A stretch of 64,000 nucleotides of DNA from a virus (taxonomy: Duplodnaviria; Caudoviricetes): positions 5,901-69,900 of the IMG/VR virus record IMGVR_UViG_2904899368_000001. The stretch is one strand, 5' to 3'. Under the pieces are notes generated by a model, which saw nothing but the letters and a program-made list of their open reading frames with translations, was not told where the DNA came from and did no database searches. This document shows positions 47,336 to 59,326 of the stretch, piece by piece (position 1 is the first letter of the stretch; every line of letters begins with the position of its first letter). The translations under genes and the position numbers were made by a program.

Positions 47336-48639
47336 ATGATTGCATCACAATTTGCAGATTTATCCAAGCGTATTTTCCCGAAGTTACAGAATATCGTGGA
47401 AAAAGAGAGAGGCGAGCGCAATGGTGCAAAAAAACGCACTTACTTGCATAAGACCATGTTACGTAAAGTATATTCCGCTGACCAGAAATGGACCAGCGCA
47501 TCTGTCGATACCACATACGTAAGAGCGGACACCGTTTCCATGAACTCTCCGCTTCCCATCAAGAAGCGTGATTCACTGGCCCATGCCAGCGGCACACTGC
47601 CCAAACAGGGTATCTCCCGTGTAATGGAAGAATCCGACATCAATACCATCAACATCATGAAGGCCCAGGGTGCAAAATGGACACAAATAGCATCCAAACT
47701 GACGGAAGACCCTTTGTTCTGCTCCATCGGGCTGGACGAATCCAATGAGGCGAATTTTCTGACAGCCTTATGCGAGGGGGTTGTAGCGGTTGAGGATCTG
47801 ACCAATGTCGGAACAGCACTGCGTGTCAATTTCGGTTACCTGCCGAAAAACGGATTTGGTGTGACCACTCCCGGCGAGATAACCTTGGATGACATAGAAC
47901 GTGTGCTCGCCGCAGCTGACGGAGACGGCAATTCCATATCAGTCATCTGTATCGCCCTGTCAACCTACAAAAAACTGCGCCAGACACAAGGAGCCAAAGA
48001 ACTCGCCGCCACATACAGAGGCAGATTTTCGACAGTGATACCTCGCTGCCCACTCCTACCTCATCATTGTTTGACGAGGCTTTCGCCGACCAATATAACG
48101 GTGTCAGATTCCTGAAGATTGACCGTTCGATCATTTATGAGAAAAACGGTGTACGCAAGGCTTACAAACCGTGGAACGCAAACCGCTTGGTTTATCTGAC
48201 TACCGAAAATGTCGGCAGTTTGGTCTGGGGGACATTAGCAGAAAAGACAAGCCCGGTGGAAGGAGTGGTTTATACCACAGTTGATGAGATGAAACTTATC
48301 AGCCGTTTCAGAACCGCTAACCCTTTGGTGGAAACTACCGCTGGACAGATGCTTGCGCTTACCGTGATTGAAGGAGTAGACCAGATTTATTATCAGGATA
48401 TCACCGATGCACAAACTGTTGACGCAGAAAAGGAGGCCCAAGATTCAACAGATGTGAAAGTCACCATCTGGGGAGATACCTACAAAAAAACGGAGTTCGT
48501 TCAGGAGCTTAACAAGATAACTGGTGGCAAGCTGACTGCGAAATCTGCCGATGAAAAGATCATCGCCCGTGTCAACGAACTGAACGATGAAGATGAAGCC
48601 ACTTTAAAAGCCACAGTAGAATCACACAAATCTGAATAA
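47336..48639 (+). CDS. major capsid protein (frameshift near 48020)
   Basis: two ORFs join on restoring one G (TYRGQIFD); position in head operon. Confidence 0.7.
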
Positions 48640-48642
48640 TGT

Positions 48643-48960
48643 ATGAAAACGGTCCTGCAAGCATTGAAAGATGAAGTCCACTACAAATTAAGTAGTGGCT
48701 TCTTTGAAAACCGTTTGCTTGAAAGAAGTCTGGACGGAAATGAAATATGCACCATCGACATTCTTAAAAGCAAACCGTTCAAAGGTGCTGTGGCCGACTG
48801 TCTCATGAGCCTGATTCAGATGCCCAACTTTACAGAAGGAGATGTTTCCTTAAGTCTATCTGACAAGGATAATATACTGACGTTAGCCAACGGCATCTAT
48901 AATTCAATAGGCGAAACAGAAAAAAACATTGGTGAACCGATAGTCTATATAGGAAAATAA
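48643..48960 (+). CDS. head-tail connector (DUF6706-like)
   Basis: PNFTEGDVSLSL motif; position. Confidence 0.55.
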   Translation: MKTVLQALKDEVHYKLSSGFFENRLLERSLDGNEICTIDILKSKPFKGAVADCLMSLIQMPNFTEGDVSLSLSDKDNILTLANGIYNSIGETEKNIGEPIVYIGK

Positions 48961-48962
48961 TC

Positions 48963-49286
48963 ATGATACTTGATGATAGACCACATAAGCTGCAATATCT
49001 TATTACCGCTCCCGGTTACGAAGACAAGAACGGCGATTACCACCAGGGTGAAAGCCGATGGGAAGGTGATATCCCATGCCGGAATGTTCCGGCCGGAAAA
49101 GCTGAACAAAAGCAATTTGAGGACGGAGCAGTCCGTACCTATTCAGCCACGATACGTCTTGATGCTGAATGCCGGGAATTTACTGTTGGAGATCGTGTGA
49201 AGTTATTCCTGTCAGGAGATATCGTTAGAGAATGTGAGGTCAAAGGGTTTCATCGTTATCAACTATATGCGAAACTATGGGTATAA
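48963..49286 (+). CDS. head closure/adaptor protein (putative)
   Basis: position; GYEDKNGDY motif. Confidence 0.5.
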   Translation: MILDDRPHKLQYLITAPGYEDKNGDYHQGESRWEGDIPCRNVPAGKAEQKQFEDGAVRTYSATIRLDAECREFTVGDRVKLFLSGDIVRECEVKGFHRYQLYAKLWV

Positions 49287-49738
49287 AAATGACGACACCT
49301 GCAAGTCGGATAGACACCCTTATCAATAAGGAAAAAGAACGTGTTGAAGTGTTAACTGTCCGCGCCCTCTCCTACCTTGGAGAATTGTGTGTGATCGAAG
49401 CAAGGAACAGACCGCAGGAGATAAGCTGGTATGACCGGTCAGGAAACTTGCGCAGTTCGATTGGCTATGCCATCATCCACAACGGAAAAATACTTGAATA
49501 CTCAGATTTCACACAAGTACGACAAGGTAATGAGGGAGTCAGGAAAGGCAAAGCACTTATTGAGGAATTGTCTAAAAAATTCGCGAATGGCTACGCACTT
49601 GTTGTAGTAGCCGGAATGAACTATGCTGAATTTGTGGAAGCAATGGAAAATAAGAATGTACTTGCATCCGCCGAACTGTTTGCAAGAAAGGAACTACCGG
49701 GAATGATGAGTAAACTGAAAAAGCAACTTGCATCATGA
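49277..49738 (+). CDS. HK97-gp10-like neck/tail completion protein
   Basis: DRSGNLRSSIGY; VAGMNYAEFVE. Confidence 0.65.
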   Translation: MGIKMTTPASRIDTLINKEKERVEVLTVRALSYLGELCVIEARNRPQEISWYDRSGNLRSSIGYAIIHNGKILEYSDFTQVRQGNEGVRKGKALIEELSKKFANGYALVVVAGMNYAEFVEAMENKNVLASAELFARKELPGMMSKLKKQLAS

Positions 49739-50135
49739 TGAAGTCTGATATTGAAATCAAAGATGATATTTACAAACACATCAAAGGTTCCCTTTTGGAA
49801 AAAGTCGTGAACGGAAAACTTTGCAAGGCATCAAAAAGACCATCCAACTCTGACAGGGAGGATATAGTCATATCAACCTTGAAAATGGAAGCGGACAGAT
49901 ACAGGAAGCTTTCGTAAATGTGAACATTTATGTAAAGGACAATATCCGTAATGGCGAGGCGGAAATGAATGATGCACGCTGTAGAGAACTTTGCAAAGTC
50001 GCTATCCAAGTATTGGAAACAGGGCATGGAGAAAGCTACCGCTTCACGCTGAATAAACAAAGGGTGCTTGAAGTGAACGGAAAGAACGAGCACTTCATTA
50101 ACAATAAACTATTATATTCATTCAATAACGAATAA
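49735..50135 (+). CDS. tail terminator-like protein (frameshift near 49876)
   Basis: two ORFs join; position before the tail tube. Confidence 0.5.
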
Positions 50136-50139
50136 GATC

Positions 50140-50820
50140 ATGGAATTATCTTGGGGAAAATGTACTATCAAAATTGGAAAGCTGCAAAGCAGCGGAGAAG
50201 CTCCTTCATCTTGGATTGATATACCGACACCTGTCGAGAACTCTACAAAATTGACACCTACAAAAGGTGCGAAGAAAGAGGCCAAGATTGAAGGTGGAGA
50301 AAACGAGGCTGTCAAGTATGCGGCAAACACCTATACGTTTGAGTTTGAAATCCGGGCTGGCAAAGGCCGTAGAAAACCGGTGGAAGATACAGATGGTGTG
50401 ATTACAGGTGAATACGCTGTCAAGCTCCAGCCTGAAGACAAAACTGTTGAAGGTATCATAATCGACAGAAGCGTGTTGTCCTTGGAGGATACATACGACA
50501 CAGATAATGGCACCAAGTGGAAATATACCGCTGACGTATTGAAACCTAAGACCGGCAATCAGGTAAAATTCGAAGTCGTAAATTTTAATGGTGCCGGCAG
50601 CCTTCGAGTGATCATCACAGATGATGGCGGAGCCGGCATGTGGAAATTATCTACAGAAACGGACTGGCATCATAGCGGTACTTCAATTACCACAAAAGCC
50701 GGTCTTGTGACAATCATATATAAAGATATCGAAGGAAAAACACTGCCTACACAGACATCCGCTACTGTTAAAGATGGGGAAACAGTTGAAGTAAACGCGG
50801 TGTACACTTCTGCCGGATGA
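50140..50820 (+). CDS. major tail (tube) protein with a C-terminal Ig-like extension
   Basis: LSWGKC, STKLTPTKG..EA.IEGGE; beta-rich C-terminus. Confidence 0.65.
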   Translation: MELSWGKCTIKIGKLQSSGEAPSSWIDIPTPVENSTKLTPTKGAKKEAKIEGGENEAVKYAANTYTFEFEIRAGKGRRKPVEDTDGVITGEYAVKLQPEDKTVEGIIIDRSVLSLEDTYDTDNGTKWKYTADVLKPKTGNQVKFEVVNFNGAGSLRVIITDDGGAGMWKLSTETDWHHSGTSITTKAGLVTIIYKDIEGKTLPTQTSATVKDGETVEVNAVYTSAG

Positions 50821-50901
50821 TAATTTTCCATTCAGAGAACAGGCAAACGGAAAGACGTCCTTTACAGGTTGGAGGATAAACCTGCATCAAATTTATGATT
50901 T

Positions 50902-51614
50902 ATGAATGACAAAGAGCGAAATATTGAGATGGATGTGGCCGACGCATCATGGAAAGACCTGCCGGCTTTACCGTTGGCAAGCGGTCTTTCTTTATCCATC
51001 CCGTCACACTCGGCAAAATGTATCTTTTGGCCAGATTATTTGATTCCCTCGAAATAAGCAAACAGGTTGTTTCCACCAATCCTTATATGGAAGCCATAAG
51101 GATCTGCAAAACGAAACGTGATATTGTCTGCCGCATACTCTCCTACTCCACGTTCAACCGGAAGAACGATTTGTTCGACAATAGCAAGGTGGATAAGCGT
51201 ACAAAATTGTTTTCCCGAACACTCTCTGAGGAGGAACTTGCTACCATACTGGTTCTCATTCTTACAAGTGATAATATGGATACCTTCCTGCGGCATTTCG
51301 GAATAGACAAAGAAAATACGGAAAGAAAACGGATAGCCAAAGTAAAAAAGGACAATAGCAGTATCTCATTCGGAGGCAACAGCACCTACGGAACAATGAT
51401 AGACTTTGCCTGCCAAAGATACGGATGGACTTTTGATTATGTGGTATGGGGCATCAGCTATATCAATCTAAGGATGTTAATGGCTGATGCCATCACGACT
51501 GTATATCTGTCCTCTGACGAAATGAAACAACTCGGAATATCTGGTTCAGAAGAAATAATCGATGCCGGGAATCCAAAGAACAGGGAACGTATCAAAGCCC
51601 TGCTTGAGGAATGA
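50902..51614 (+). CDS. tail assembly chaperone (frameshift near 50945)
   Basis: position before tape measure; FGGNS.YG..IDFA..RYGWT.DY..WGISY.NL. Confidence 0.6.
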
Positions 51615-51739
51615 ATCGGAAAAACAGAACAATATTTTCATAATCGGTCAAAAAAATTACGGGGTCTATAATTTTATAACAAGAAAAATAGAACAAATGT
51701 CATGTCAATGCACATGATACCCATCAAATCGAAAAGACT

Positions 51740-54700
51740 ATGGCTGGATTGCATTTTGATATAACTGGGGATAACTCCAACTTTTTACGCAAGCTAGAGG
51801 AAGCACGCAACGGAGTACGCAACACATCAAGACAAATTGAAGAAAGCGGGCTGAGTATTGAGAAGATATTCGGAAGACTGACCACGGCCGCAGCCACTTT
51901 CGGAATCAGTCTTGGAGCGCAGCAGCTCATCAGTGACATAGCTCGTGTACGTGGCGAGTTCCAGCAGCTTGAAGTGGCATTCCAGACAATGCTTGGAAAC
52001 AAGGGACAGGCGGACACACTAATGTCCCAACTGGTACGTACCGCCGCCATCACTCCATTTAACCTTCAGGATGTAGCCAATGGTGCGAAACAACTGTTAG
52101 CCTATGGTACGGAGGCTAAAGATGTGAATGATACGCTTGTCCGGCTTGGGGATATCGCGGCAGGACTATCCATCCCTTTGAACGATCTGGTCTGGCTGTA
52201 TGGTACCACCATGACACAAGGAAGGCTCTTCACACAGGACCTACGTCAGTTTATGGGACGTGGAATTCCATTGGCCGATGAACTTGCCAAACAATTCGGA
52301 GTAACCAAAGACAAGGTAAGCGAACTTGTGACAGCAGGAAAAGTAGGATTCCCCGAAGTGCAGAAGGCCATTGAATCCATGACCAATGAAGGCTGCAAAT
52401 TCGGCGGTCTGATGGAAGCACAATCCAAAACCATTACCGGACAAATAAGCAATATCGAAGATGCAATTGACACCATGTTCAATAAAATCGGAAAACAAAA
52501 CGAGGGTGTCATCAACAAGACCTTGTCCGGCATGTCTTATCTGGTGGAGAACTATGAGAAGGTAGGTCGGTTATTGACCGGACTTGTTGCTACATACGGT
52601 TCATACAGGGTTGCAGTCATGGTCGTAACAGCCATTCAGTCGCTTCAAACCTCCGGCATAGCGGCCCTGACTGTAGCGGAACGTGCCCACTACGGATGGC
52701 TGGTCTTGCAGACAACAGCACAAAAAGCGTTGAACGCTGTCATGCTTACTAATCCGTATGTGTTATTGGCAACGGCAGTTGTAGGGCTTGGAGCTGCCAT
52801 GTGGGCATTATCCGACAGCACAACATCTGCTGAACGTGCTTTGGACTCGTACAACAAGAAAATAGAAAAACTCGACACGGACGAAGAAGATCGGAAACGT
52901 ACTTTGGAAGGTCTTGTTAGCACCATTAATAGCGAGGTGGAAGCCGAGACCACTAAACTTAAAGCCTTAAAAGACATTGAGAAACTATATCCTGTACTCT
53001 TTAAGAAGTATGTCGATGAGAAAGGTCATATACATGACTTGACTGGGTTTTGGAAGGCATATAATGAAGAGGTTTCAAAATCCAGAACACAGTCAAAACA
53101 GGCTATAGTCGAATCTTTGGAACAACAAATAAAAAGTGCAGAATGGGCTTATAATCTGGCAAGGAAAGAGAACAACCGTTCCGAAATGAAGGTTCAGGCA
53201 CAGCGTATCGAAGACCTGAAGAATGAATTGGCAAACGCAAGAAAAGATGTCTTGTCAGAAATCAATACCCAATTGGAAGTTGAGAACAGACAGGAAACAC
53301 AAGAAACTACATATCAAGAGGATTTGGCAAATGCTAAAGTCGAATGGGAGAAAGCGAAAAAAGGGTACGAGGCCTTAATCAAAGATCAGACGGCTACATC
53401 GAAACAGGTGAAAGAAGCCAAAGATAAGATGGAGGCATCCGAAAAGACATACAAGGAGCTGGGCGGAGTAACCGGAAGCGCACTGACCAGACAGGAAAAT
53501 CCAGCAAAAAAGCAAAAAGAAAATCAGGAAAAGCTGGACGGGCAACTTCTTTCACTTCACCGTCAGAACCAACAGGATGAAATCAACCTGATGAGAGAAG
53601 GCACGGAAAAGAAGTTGAAACAGATTGACCTTGATTATCAGAAACAGATTGATGCGATAAGAAAACAGGAGGAAGAATGGAGCAAAGCCGGTAACGGTAA
53701 GCTGACCGACAAGCAGGCACAGAAAATTTCAGAAGCTTATACCAATGCCGAAAGTATGAGAGATAAAGATATTTCCGATGTAACTGAAGGACAGCTGAAA
53801 GCCGAACAACAGGCTTTGAACGACTACTTGAAAGAATATGGCACGTTCCAGCAGCAGAAATTGGCTATCGCCCAAGAGTATGCGGAAAAAATAAGGAAAG
53901 CACAGGAAGAAAACGGTGTTAATAGTGCACAAGTAAAGTTACTGGAGAAACAACGTGATGTTGCCATACAGAACAAGGAAACAGAAGCCATAAAAGCCAA
54001 TATAGATTGGGTTACTGTGTTCGGTGAGTTTGGTTCCATGTTTTCCGACATGATAAAGCCCGCCTTGGACGAAGCGAAAAAATATGTACGGACTGACAAG
54101 TTCAAGAACTCCGATCAGGCAAGCCAGAAATCATTGATTGACGCCATCAGCCAGATGGAAAAGTCTTTGGGTGGTACAAGTGGAGTCAACTTCAAGAAAC
54201 TTGGAGAGGATGTAAAAGCCTATCAAATAGCAGAACAGAATCGTATCAGTGCCATAGGGATTGAAACAGCTGCTTTGGAAAGACTAAAGAAATCACAGGA
54301 TGATTACACCAAAGCGCAGAAGGGCGGAACGGAAAGTGAGAAACAAGCCGCAGCAAACGCTCTTGAAACAGCACGGCAGAATGCTGACATTGCATCCGCC
54401 AATGTGAAGACACAGACTGATATCGCCAATCAGGCCCAGCGTAATGTGACTGATACTGCCACCATACTGAAAGCAAGCATGGAAAATTTATTGGGAGGCT
54501 TGCAGCAGATTTCATCCGGTGGATTGTATAACGCATATAGCGGAATTATCAAAACCGTGAACGGATTCAAGGATGTCATAGGAAAAACGTCAGAATCTCT
54601 TAAGGAGGTCCCCATTGTCGGATGGATTCTGTCCATCATTGACGTACTCAAAGACGGATTAAGTGATCTTGTCGGTGGTCTGCTTGATGCTGTTCTGAAC

Positions 54701-55945
54701 GCTGTCAGTGGAATTATCGGTGATGTCTTGTCAGGGGATTTGTTTGTCACAATCGGCAAGTCATTGAGGAACGGCATAGGAAACATCCTGAACGCAATCT
54801 CATTCGGAGGCTTCAACTCCTTGTTTGGAATAGGTGGAAACGCCAAGGAAGTACAGGAAACGATAGACAGGCTGACGGACAGGAATGGAACTTTGCAAAC
54901 GGCCATCGAGGATCTGACTGACGAGATGAAGGCAAGCAAGGGAATGAAATCGGTTGAATCTTACAGGGAAGCTGTAAAGTATCAGGAGGAAGTCAATAAA
55001 AACTATCTGCAAATAGCAAAGGAGCAAGCCGGATATCATAAGAGCCACGGCAGCTGGCAGCATTATCTGAAATGGACGGATGAAATGCTGGAACACGCAA
55101 GAAAAGCTACCGGCATGCAGGATTTCTCCGGCACCGATTCCTTGTGGAATCTGACCCCCGAACAGATGAAGGCTCTACGGTCGGACGTATGGTTATGGGA
55201 TATCATGGAATCTTCCGGTAAGGGAGGTTACGGTGAGCGTGTTACCGACAAGCTGGATGATTATATAGAGCAGGCAGGAAAACTGGAAGAACTGACCGAC
55301 AGTCTTTATGAGGGCCTGATCGGAATGTCATTCGATTCCATGTATGACAGTTTTATAAGCAGTCTGATGGATATGGAGAAGAGTGCGGAGGATTTTGCTG
55401 ATGACATATCCAAATATTTCATGCAGGCGATGCTGTCAAATGCCATCGGTGAACAGTTTAGTGACAAACTGAGGACATGGTATGATAAATTCGGTGAAGC
55501 CATGAAGGATGATGGTACGCTTGACAATAATGAGCGTAAGGAGCTGATGGATGAATACATGGGTTATGTGGACGAAGCCATGAAGCTCCGTGACGAGCTT
55601 GCCGCAGCAACCGGATATGACAAGATTTCGCAAGAATCAACATCCCAGTCAGCTTCATCCAAAGGTTTTCAGGCAATGAGTCAAGATACTGGCGAAGAGT
55701 TGAACGGTAGGTTTACAGCATTGCAGATTGCAGGAGAAGAAATAAAAAATGCCATGCTGAATACGCTGGCGGTGGCACAAGCCATATCCTCATTTGCCAA
55801 AGACAACAATACAATGTTGACTGAGATAAGAAATCTGATGATTTCATCCAACGGTCACCTTGAAAGTATTAACAAATACACCAAACTAATTTATAAGTTT
55901 GGAGACAAGCTTGACGAAATAGCGAAAAATACAAAAAGTATATAA
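51740..55945 (+). CDS. tape measure protein
   Basis: 1401 aa; TPF..QDVANGAKQLLAYG tape-measure N-domain; long coiled coils. Confidence 0.9.
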   Translation: MAGLHFDITGDNSNFLRKLEEARNGVRNTSRQIEESGLSIEKIFGRLTTAAATFGISLGAQQLISDIARVRGEFQQLEVAFQTMLGNKGQADTLMSQLVRTAAITPFNLQDVANGAKQLLAYGTEAKDVNDTLVRLGDIAAGLSIPLNDLVWLYGTTMTQGRLFTQDLRQFMGRGIPLADELAKQFGVTKDKVSELVTAGKVGFPEVQKAIESMTNEGCKFGGLMEAQSKTITGQISNIEDAIDTMFNKIGKQNEGVINKTLSGMSYLVENYEKVGRLLTGLVATYGSYRVAVMVVTAIQSLQTSGIAALTVAERAHYGWLVLQTTAQKALNAVMLTNPYVLLATAVVGLGAAMWALSDSTTSAERALDSYNKKIEKLDTDEEDRKRTLEGLVSTINSEVEAETTKLKALKDIEKLYPVLFKKYVDEKGHIHDLTGFWKAYNEEVSKSRTQSKQAIVESLEQQIKSAEWAYNLARKENNRSEMKVQAQRIEDLKNELANARKDVLSEINTQLEVENRQETQETTYQEDLANAKVEWEKAKKGYEALIKDQTATSKQVKEAKDKMEASEKTYKELGGVTGSALTRQENPAKKQKENQEKLDGQLLSLHRQNQQDEINLMREGTEKKLKQIDLDYQKQIDAIRKQEEEWSKAGNGKLTDKQAQKISEAYTNAESMRDKDISDVTEGQLKAEQQALNDYLKEYGTFQQQKLAIAQEYAEKIRKAQEENGVNSAQVKLLEKQRDVAIQNKETEAIKANIDWVTVFGEFGSMFSDMIKPALDEAKKYVRTDKFKNSDQASQKSLIDAISQMEKSLGGTSGVNFKKLGEDVKAYQIAEQNRISAIGIETAALERLKKSQDDYTKAQKGGTESEKQAAANALETARQNADIASANVKTQTDIANQAQRNVTDTATILKASMENLLGGLQQISSGGLYNAYSGIIKTVNGFKDVIGKTSESLKEVPIVGWILSIIDVLKDGLSDLVGGLLDAVLNAVSGIIGDVLSGDLFVTIGKSLRNGIGNILNAISFGGFNSLFGIGGNAKEVQETIDRLTDRNGTLQTAIEDLTDEMKASKGMKSVESYREAVKYQEEVNKNYLQIAKEQAGYHKSHGSWQHYLKWTDEMLEHARKATGMQDFSGTDSLWNLTPEQMKALRSDVWLWDIMESSGKGGYGERVTDKLDDYIEQAGKLEELTDSLYEGLIGMSFDSMYDSFISSLMDMEKSAEDFADDISKYFMQAMLSNAIGEQFSDKLRTWYDKFGEAMKDDGTLDNNERKELMDEYMGYVDEAMKLRDELAAATGYDKISQESTSQSASSKGFQAMSQDTGEELNGRFTALQIAGEEIKNAMLNTLAVAQAISSFAKDNNTMLTEIRNLMISSNGHLESINKYTKLIYKFGDKLDEIAKNTKSI

Positions 55946-55947
55946 AT

Positions 55948-56370
55948 ATGCCACAAGAAGAACTGTTTATTAATGGAAAGGACGCTTATACCACATGGGG
56001 AATAAGCATGGATGACACTGCACTGTCCGCCCTCATGACCCCAGCACCCAATAAGGAGTTCATTGAGAACAAGAGCCGAATGGAGCATGGAAAGCGTGTG
56101 ATAACAGCTGATCCCAAAAAGGACGAGCGCGATCTTACATTACAGATAAACCTGACAGCCCCTGATAAAGATACATTCTTTGCAAGGTATGACAGCTTTT
56201 GTAATGAGTTGGATAAAGGAATACTTGAAATAAAGACAAAGTATCAGCCCAATATAGTTTACAGGACTATTTATATTTCCTGTAACCAGTTCAGCCAATT
56301 CATGCAAGGCATAGGAAAATTCGTGCTGAAGCTGAATGAGCCTAATCCCAATAACAGAAATTCCCCTTGA
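55948..56370 (+). CDS. distal tail (Dit-like) protein
   Basis: LFINGKDAYTTWG; position after the tape measure. Confidence 0.6.
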   Translation: MPQEELFINGKDAYTTWGISMDDTALSALMTPAPNKEFIENKSRMEHGKRVITADPKKDERDLTLQINLTAPDKDTFFARYDSFCNELDKGILEIKTKYQPNIVYRTIYISCNQFSQFMQGIGKFVLKLNEPNPNNRNSP

Positions 56371-56441
56371 TATTATATTTGATTTTCAAATAAAATATAT
56401 ACTTTTGTTCAGCATTGTGTAAAGGCACACAAAACTTAATT

Positions 56442-59312
56442 ATGGAACAAATCGACATCAAAGACATATCCGGTGCTATCCTGCTTACAACTTTGATCAA
56501 TGAAGGCTGCAAGCGTAAGTTCACTCTGATGAAGGAGGACTACATCATGTTAAAGTTCTCCTTAGAGAATCCCATATATTTCAAACTTGGCTCATACGTG
56601 GAATGTAACTTCGGATTGTTCGAGGTGTGCGACTTGCAGAAGCCCGCATTCAACACCAATACCGCCGGCTACGATTACGAATTAAGACTTGACGCCTACT
56701 ACTGGAAATGGAAAAACAAAATCTTCAAATATACCCCGGAGAAGACCGGACAGGAGGCGTCCTGGAACCTGACCGCTCCGCTTGACGTACAAGCCGGTAT
56801 AGTCCTTAGAAATCTGAAAGCTCTTGGTTACACATACAAAGGACAGGATTTTGTTTTCTCCATTGACAGTACGGTAGAGAACAAGTCCCAGTTGATGAGT
56901 TACGACAACATCAACATCCTTGACGCTTGTTTTGAGATGGCGAAGAAATGGGATTGCGAATGTTGGGTGACTGAAAACATCATCCATTTCGGACGTTGTG
57001 AGTCCGGCGATGCGGTGGATTTCGAAATCGGGAAAAACGTGCAGGAAATGTCACAGTCAGAATCCCAGTCCACCTATGCCACCCGTATCTACGCTTTTGG
57101 TTCCACCCGTAACATACCGGCAGACTACCGCCCCATTGACGAGACCGTGGTTGTGAACGGCGTGGTGCAAAAACGCTTAATGTTGCCCGAAGGCACTCCT
57201 TACATTGACGCTTATCCTGATATGACTACCGAGGAAGCCGTCGAGCAGGTGGTTATCTTCGATGAAGTCTATCCCCGAAGAACGGGCATCATGTCGGATG
57301 TCACCACCATCGAGGAAAAATGGAATGCCTACCGCTTTAGGGACACGGGTGTTAACTTTTCCGAGAAATATATCCTCCCCGGTCAGGAGCTGAGGATACG
57401 TTTCGCGTCCGGGCTTCTCAACGGTTTGGAGTTCGCCGTGAAGTTCAATCCTGAGGGAAAGCCGGAGAAATTGGAGGATGGCGGATGGAACCCTGAGGCA
57501 CAGCTTTGGGAGATAGTCAGGAATGAGGACTATGGCAGACCGCTTCCCGGTGATGTGCTCTTTCCCCAGGATGGAGATGAATATGTGCTTTCCGGCTGGG
57601 ACAGCACGAAAATAACCGAACTTGGGCTTGTGGGTGCCGCCGAGCAGGAGCTGAAGGAAAAGACTGAAAAGTACGCTGCCAAATCCAAGATAGACCCGAG
57701 TACCTATGGCTGCACGATGATGTCAAATGACGCATACCGTGAGGATGGCATTCACAACCTCTACAGCATCGGTCAAAAGGTCAACCTTATCAACAAGGCT
57801 TATTTCGAGAACGGAAGGCAGTCAAGGGTTATCGGATTTGAATTCAATCTTGATTTAGCTTATGATTCCCCTATATATACTGTCGGGGAAACCGCCGCCT
57901 ATTCTCGTATCGGGGAGCTGGAGGAAAAGGTTGAGAGCCTTACCCTAAAGGGACAGACCTATACGGGCGATGGTGGCAGCGGTGTGTATGTGATAAGAAG
58001 GAATGACTCTACACCGGCCACGGATAGTAACGTGTATTCCGCATTGCGCTCCTTAGTAATGTTCCTTCGTAAGGATCAAGCGGACGGAACAAATTTCTTA
58101 TTGAAGTTCGGCAAGTTCATCGACTCCATGATTGCCGGTAAAGGTGCCGGTATCTATCCTGACGGGCGCGGTCAGTTCGAGCGTCTTGAGGTACGCGGCT
58201 CCGCAGTGTTCAAGGAAATCATCTATAACCGTCTGAACGCACAGGAAGGCGACACCTCATATTCCGAGAACGGAGTCATTGAGTCCGTGGCTTTAGAGAG
58301 CGACGGAACTTATACCCTGAAATTGCGCAAGCGCTGGGAGAATGACTTCACCGCATTCCAGGAGGGTGATATAGTGTACGGGATTGTAAACAACCTCTTT
58401 TCAACGGGGGAGTATTACGCCTCGTGGATGCGCGTGCTGTCCAAGAATGTCCCGGCCAACTCCATCTCGGTGTTGTCATACCCGGACAGTGAGGTGCCGG
58501 GCGGTAAAAACTATCCTCCCACAGAGTTGACGATCATTACCAGAAGAGGAAACGCCTTCAATGAGGACAGGCAAAGCTACTGGTATTTGTCCGCCACCAC
58601 GGATAAATGTCTTGTCTGGCTGGAAGGAGTAACGAAGCCTGTCTTGGAACAGAACAACTATTACATGATATTGGGGCGTTTGCCCAATTTGGATTTGTTT
58701 GACAATCTCCCCGTCAACTATAAGCACTCGTACATATTCGCCCGTGCCGGCATCTTCGGTGAACTTTACCGTGTGGACTGGCAGGGACTGCCCGTACAGG
58801 AACTGGTGGACCGTGGCTTTTGGTCGGCCGAAGTCGCGTCCTCTGACAATCCTTACACCAATACGCAGGAGCGGGCGGACACGGTTTGGCACTACGGCTG
58901 CAAATGGAAGTGCCTGATGACGGGAACAGCCGACGAACCGCAATATGCGGCGGCCGGATGGGCGATGCTGGAAGGGAACCCGGAATTTACGATAGAGATC
59001 GGCAGCACAAAGGGGTGGTATTTTGATATCGAGACTTTTTCCACAACGCTATATATTACCGGCAAGCTGTACAACCGTGACGTGACAGATCATATACTTG
59101 ACGCTGATGTGAGCTGGACGCGTGATACCGGGAATGTATCAGAAGATAACGCATGGGCGGTGAAGCGTGCCGGCGCTGGGAAAAATCTTCCTCTGACGAT
59201 AGATGATCTCGGACCGAATTATACCAACATGCGGGTGTGTACGTTTAAAGCACAGGCGTTATTGCGTGACGGGCAGCAGTTTGAAGTGGCGGAGAATTTT
59301 GTAACATTTTAA
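56442..59312 (+). CDS. baseplate hub / tail-associated (Tal-like) protein
   Basis: LMKEDYI.LKFSL, TRIYAFGSTRN, VIFDEVYP; large ORF after Dit. Confidence 0.65.
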   Translation: MEQIDIKDISGAILLTTLINEGCKRKFTLMKEDYIMLKFSLENPIYFKLGSYVECNFGLFEVCDLQKPAFNTNTAGYDYELRLDAYYWKWKNKIFKYTPEKTGQEASWNLTAPLDVQAGIVLRNLKALGYTYKGQDFVFSIDSTVENKSQLMSYDNINILDACFEMAKKWDCECWVTENIIHFGRCESGDAVDFEIGKNVQEMSQSESQSTYATRIYAFGSTRNIPADYRPIDETVVVNGVVQKRLMLPEGTPYIDAYPDMTTEEAVEQVVIFDEVYPRRTGIMSDVTTIEEKWNAYRFRDTGVNFSEKYILPGQELRIRFASGLLNGLEFAVKFNPEGKPEKLEDGGWNPEAQLWEIVRNEDYGRPLPGDVLFPQDGDEYVLSGWDSTKITELGLVGAAEQELKEKTEKYAAKSKIDPSTYGCTMMSNDAYREDGIHNLYSIGQKVNLINKAYFENGRQSRVIGFEFNLDLAYDSPIYTVGETAAYSRIGELEEKVESLTLKGQTYTGDGGSGVYVIRRNDSTPATDSNVYSALRSLVMFLRKDQADGTNFLLKFGKFIDSMIAGKGAGIYPDGRGQFERLEVRGSAVFKEIIYNRLNAQEGDTSYSENGVIESVALESDGTYTLKLRKRWENDFTAFQEGDIVYGIVNNLFSTGEYYASWMRVLSKNVPANSISVLSYPDSEVPGGKNYPPTELTIITRRGNAFNEDRQSYWYLSATTDKCLVWLEGVTKPVLEQNNYYMILGRLPNLDLFDNLPVNYKHSYIFARAGIFGELYRVDWQGLPVQELVDRGFWSAEVASSDNPYTNTQERADTVWHYGCKWKCLMTGTADEPQYAAAGWAMLEGNPEFTIEIGSTKGWYFDIETFSTTLYITGKLYNRDVTDHILDADVSWTRDTGNVSEDNAWAVKRAGAGKNLPLTIDDLGPNYTNMRVCTFKAQALLRDGQQFEVAENFVTF

Positions 59313-59326
59313 AATGGTTTTATACA

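Noticed and set aside
35832-48639. Programmed frameshifting in portal, MuF and capsid genes
   Set aside because: No slippery heptamers at the breaks; too many events, all fixed by one base, mostly in short homopolymers, which fits sequencing error.
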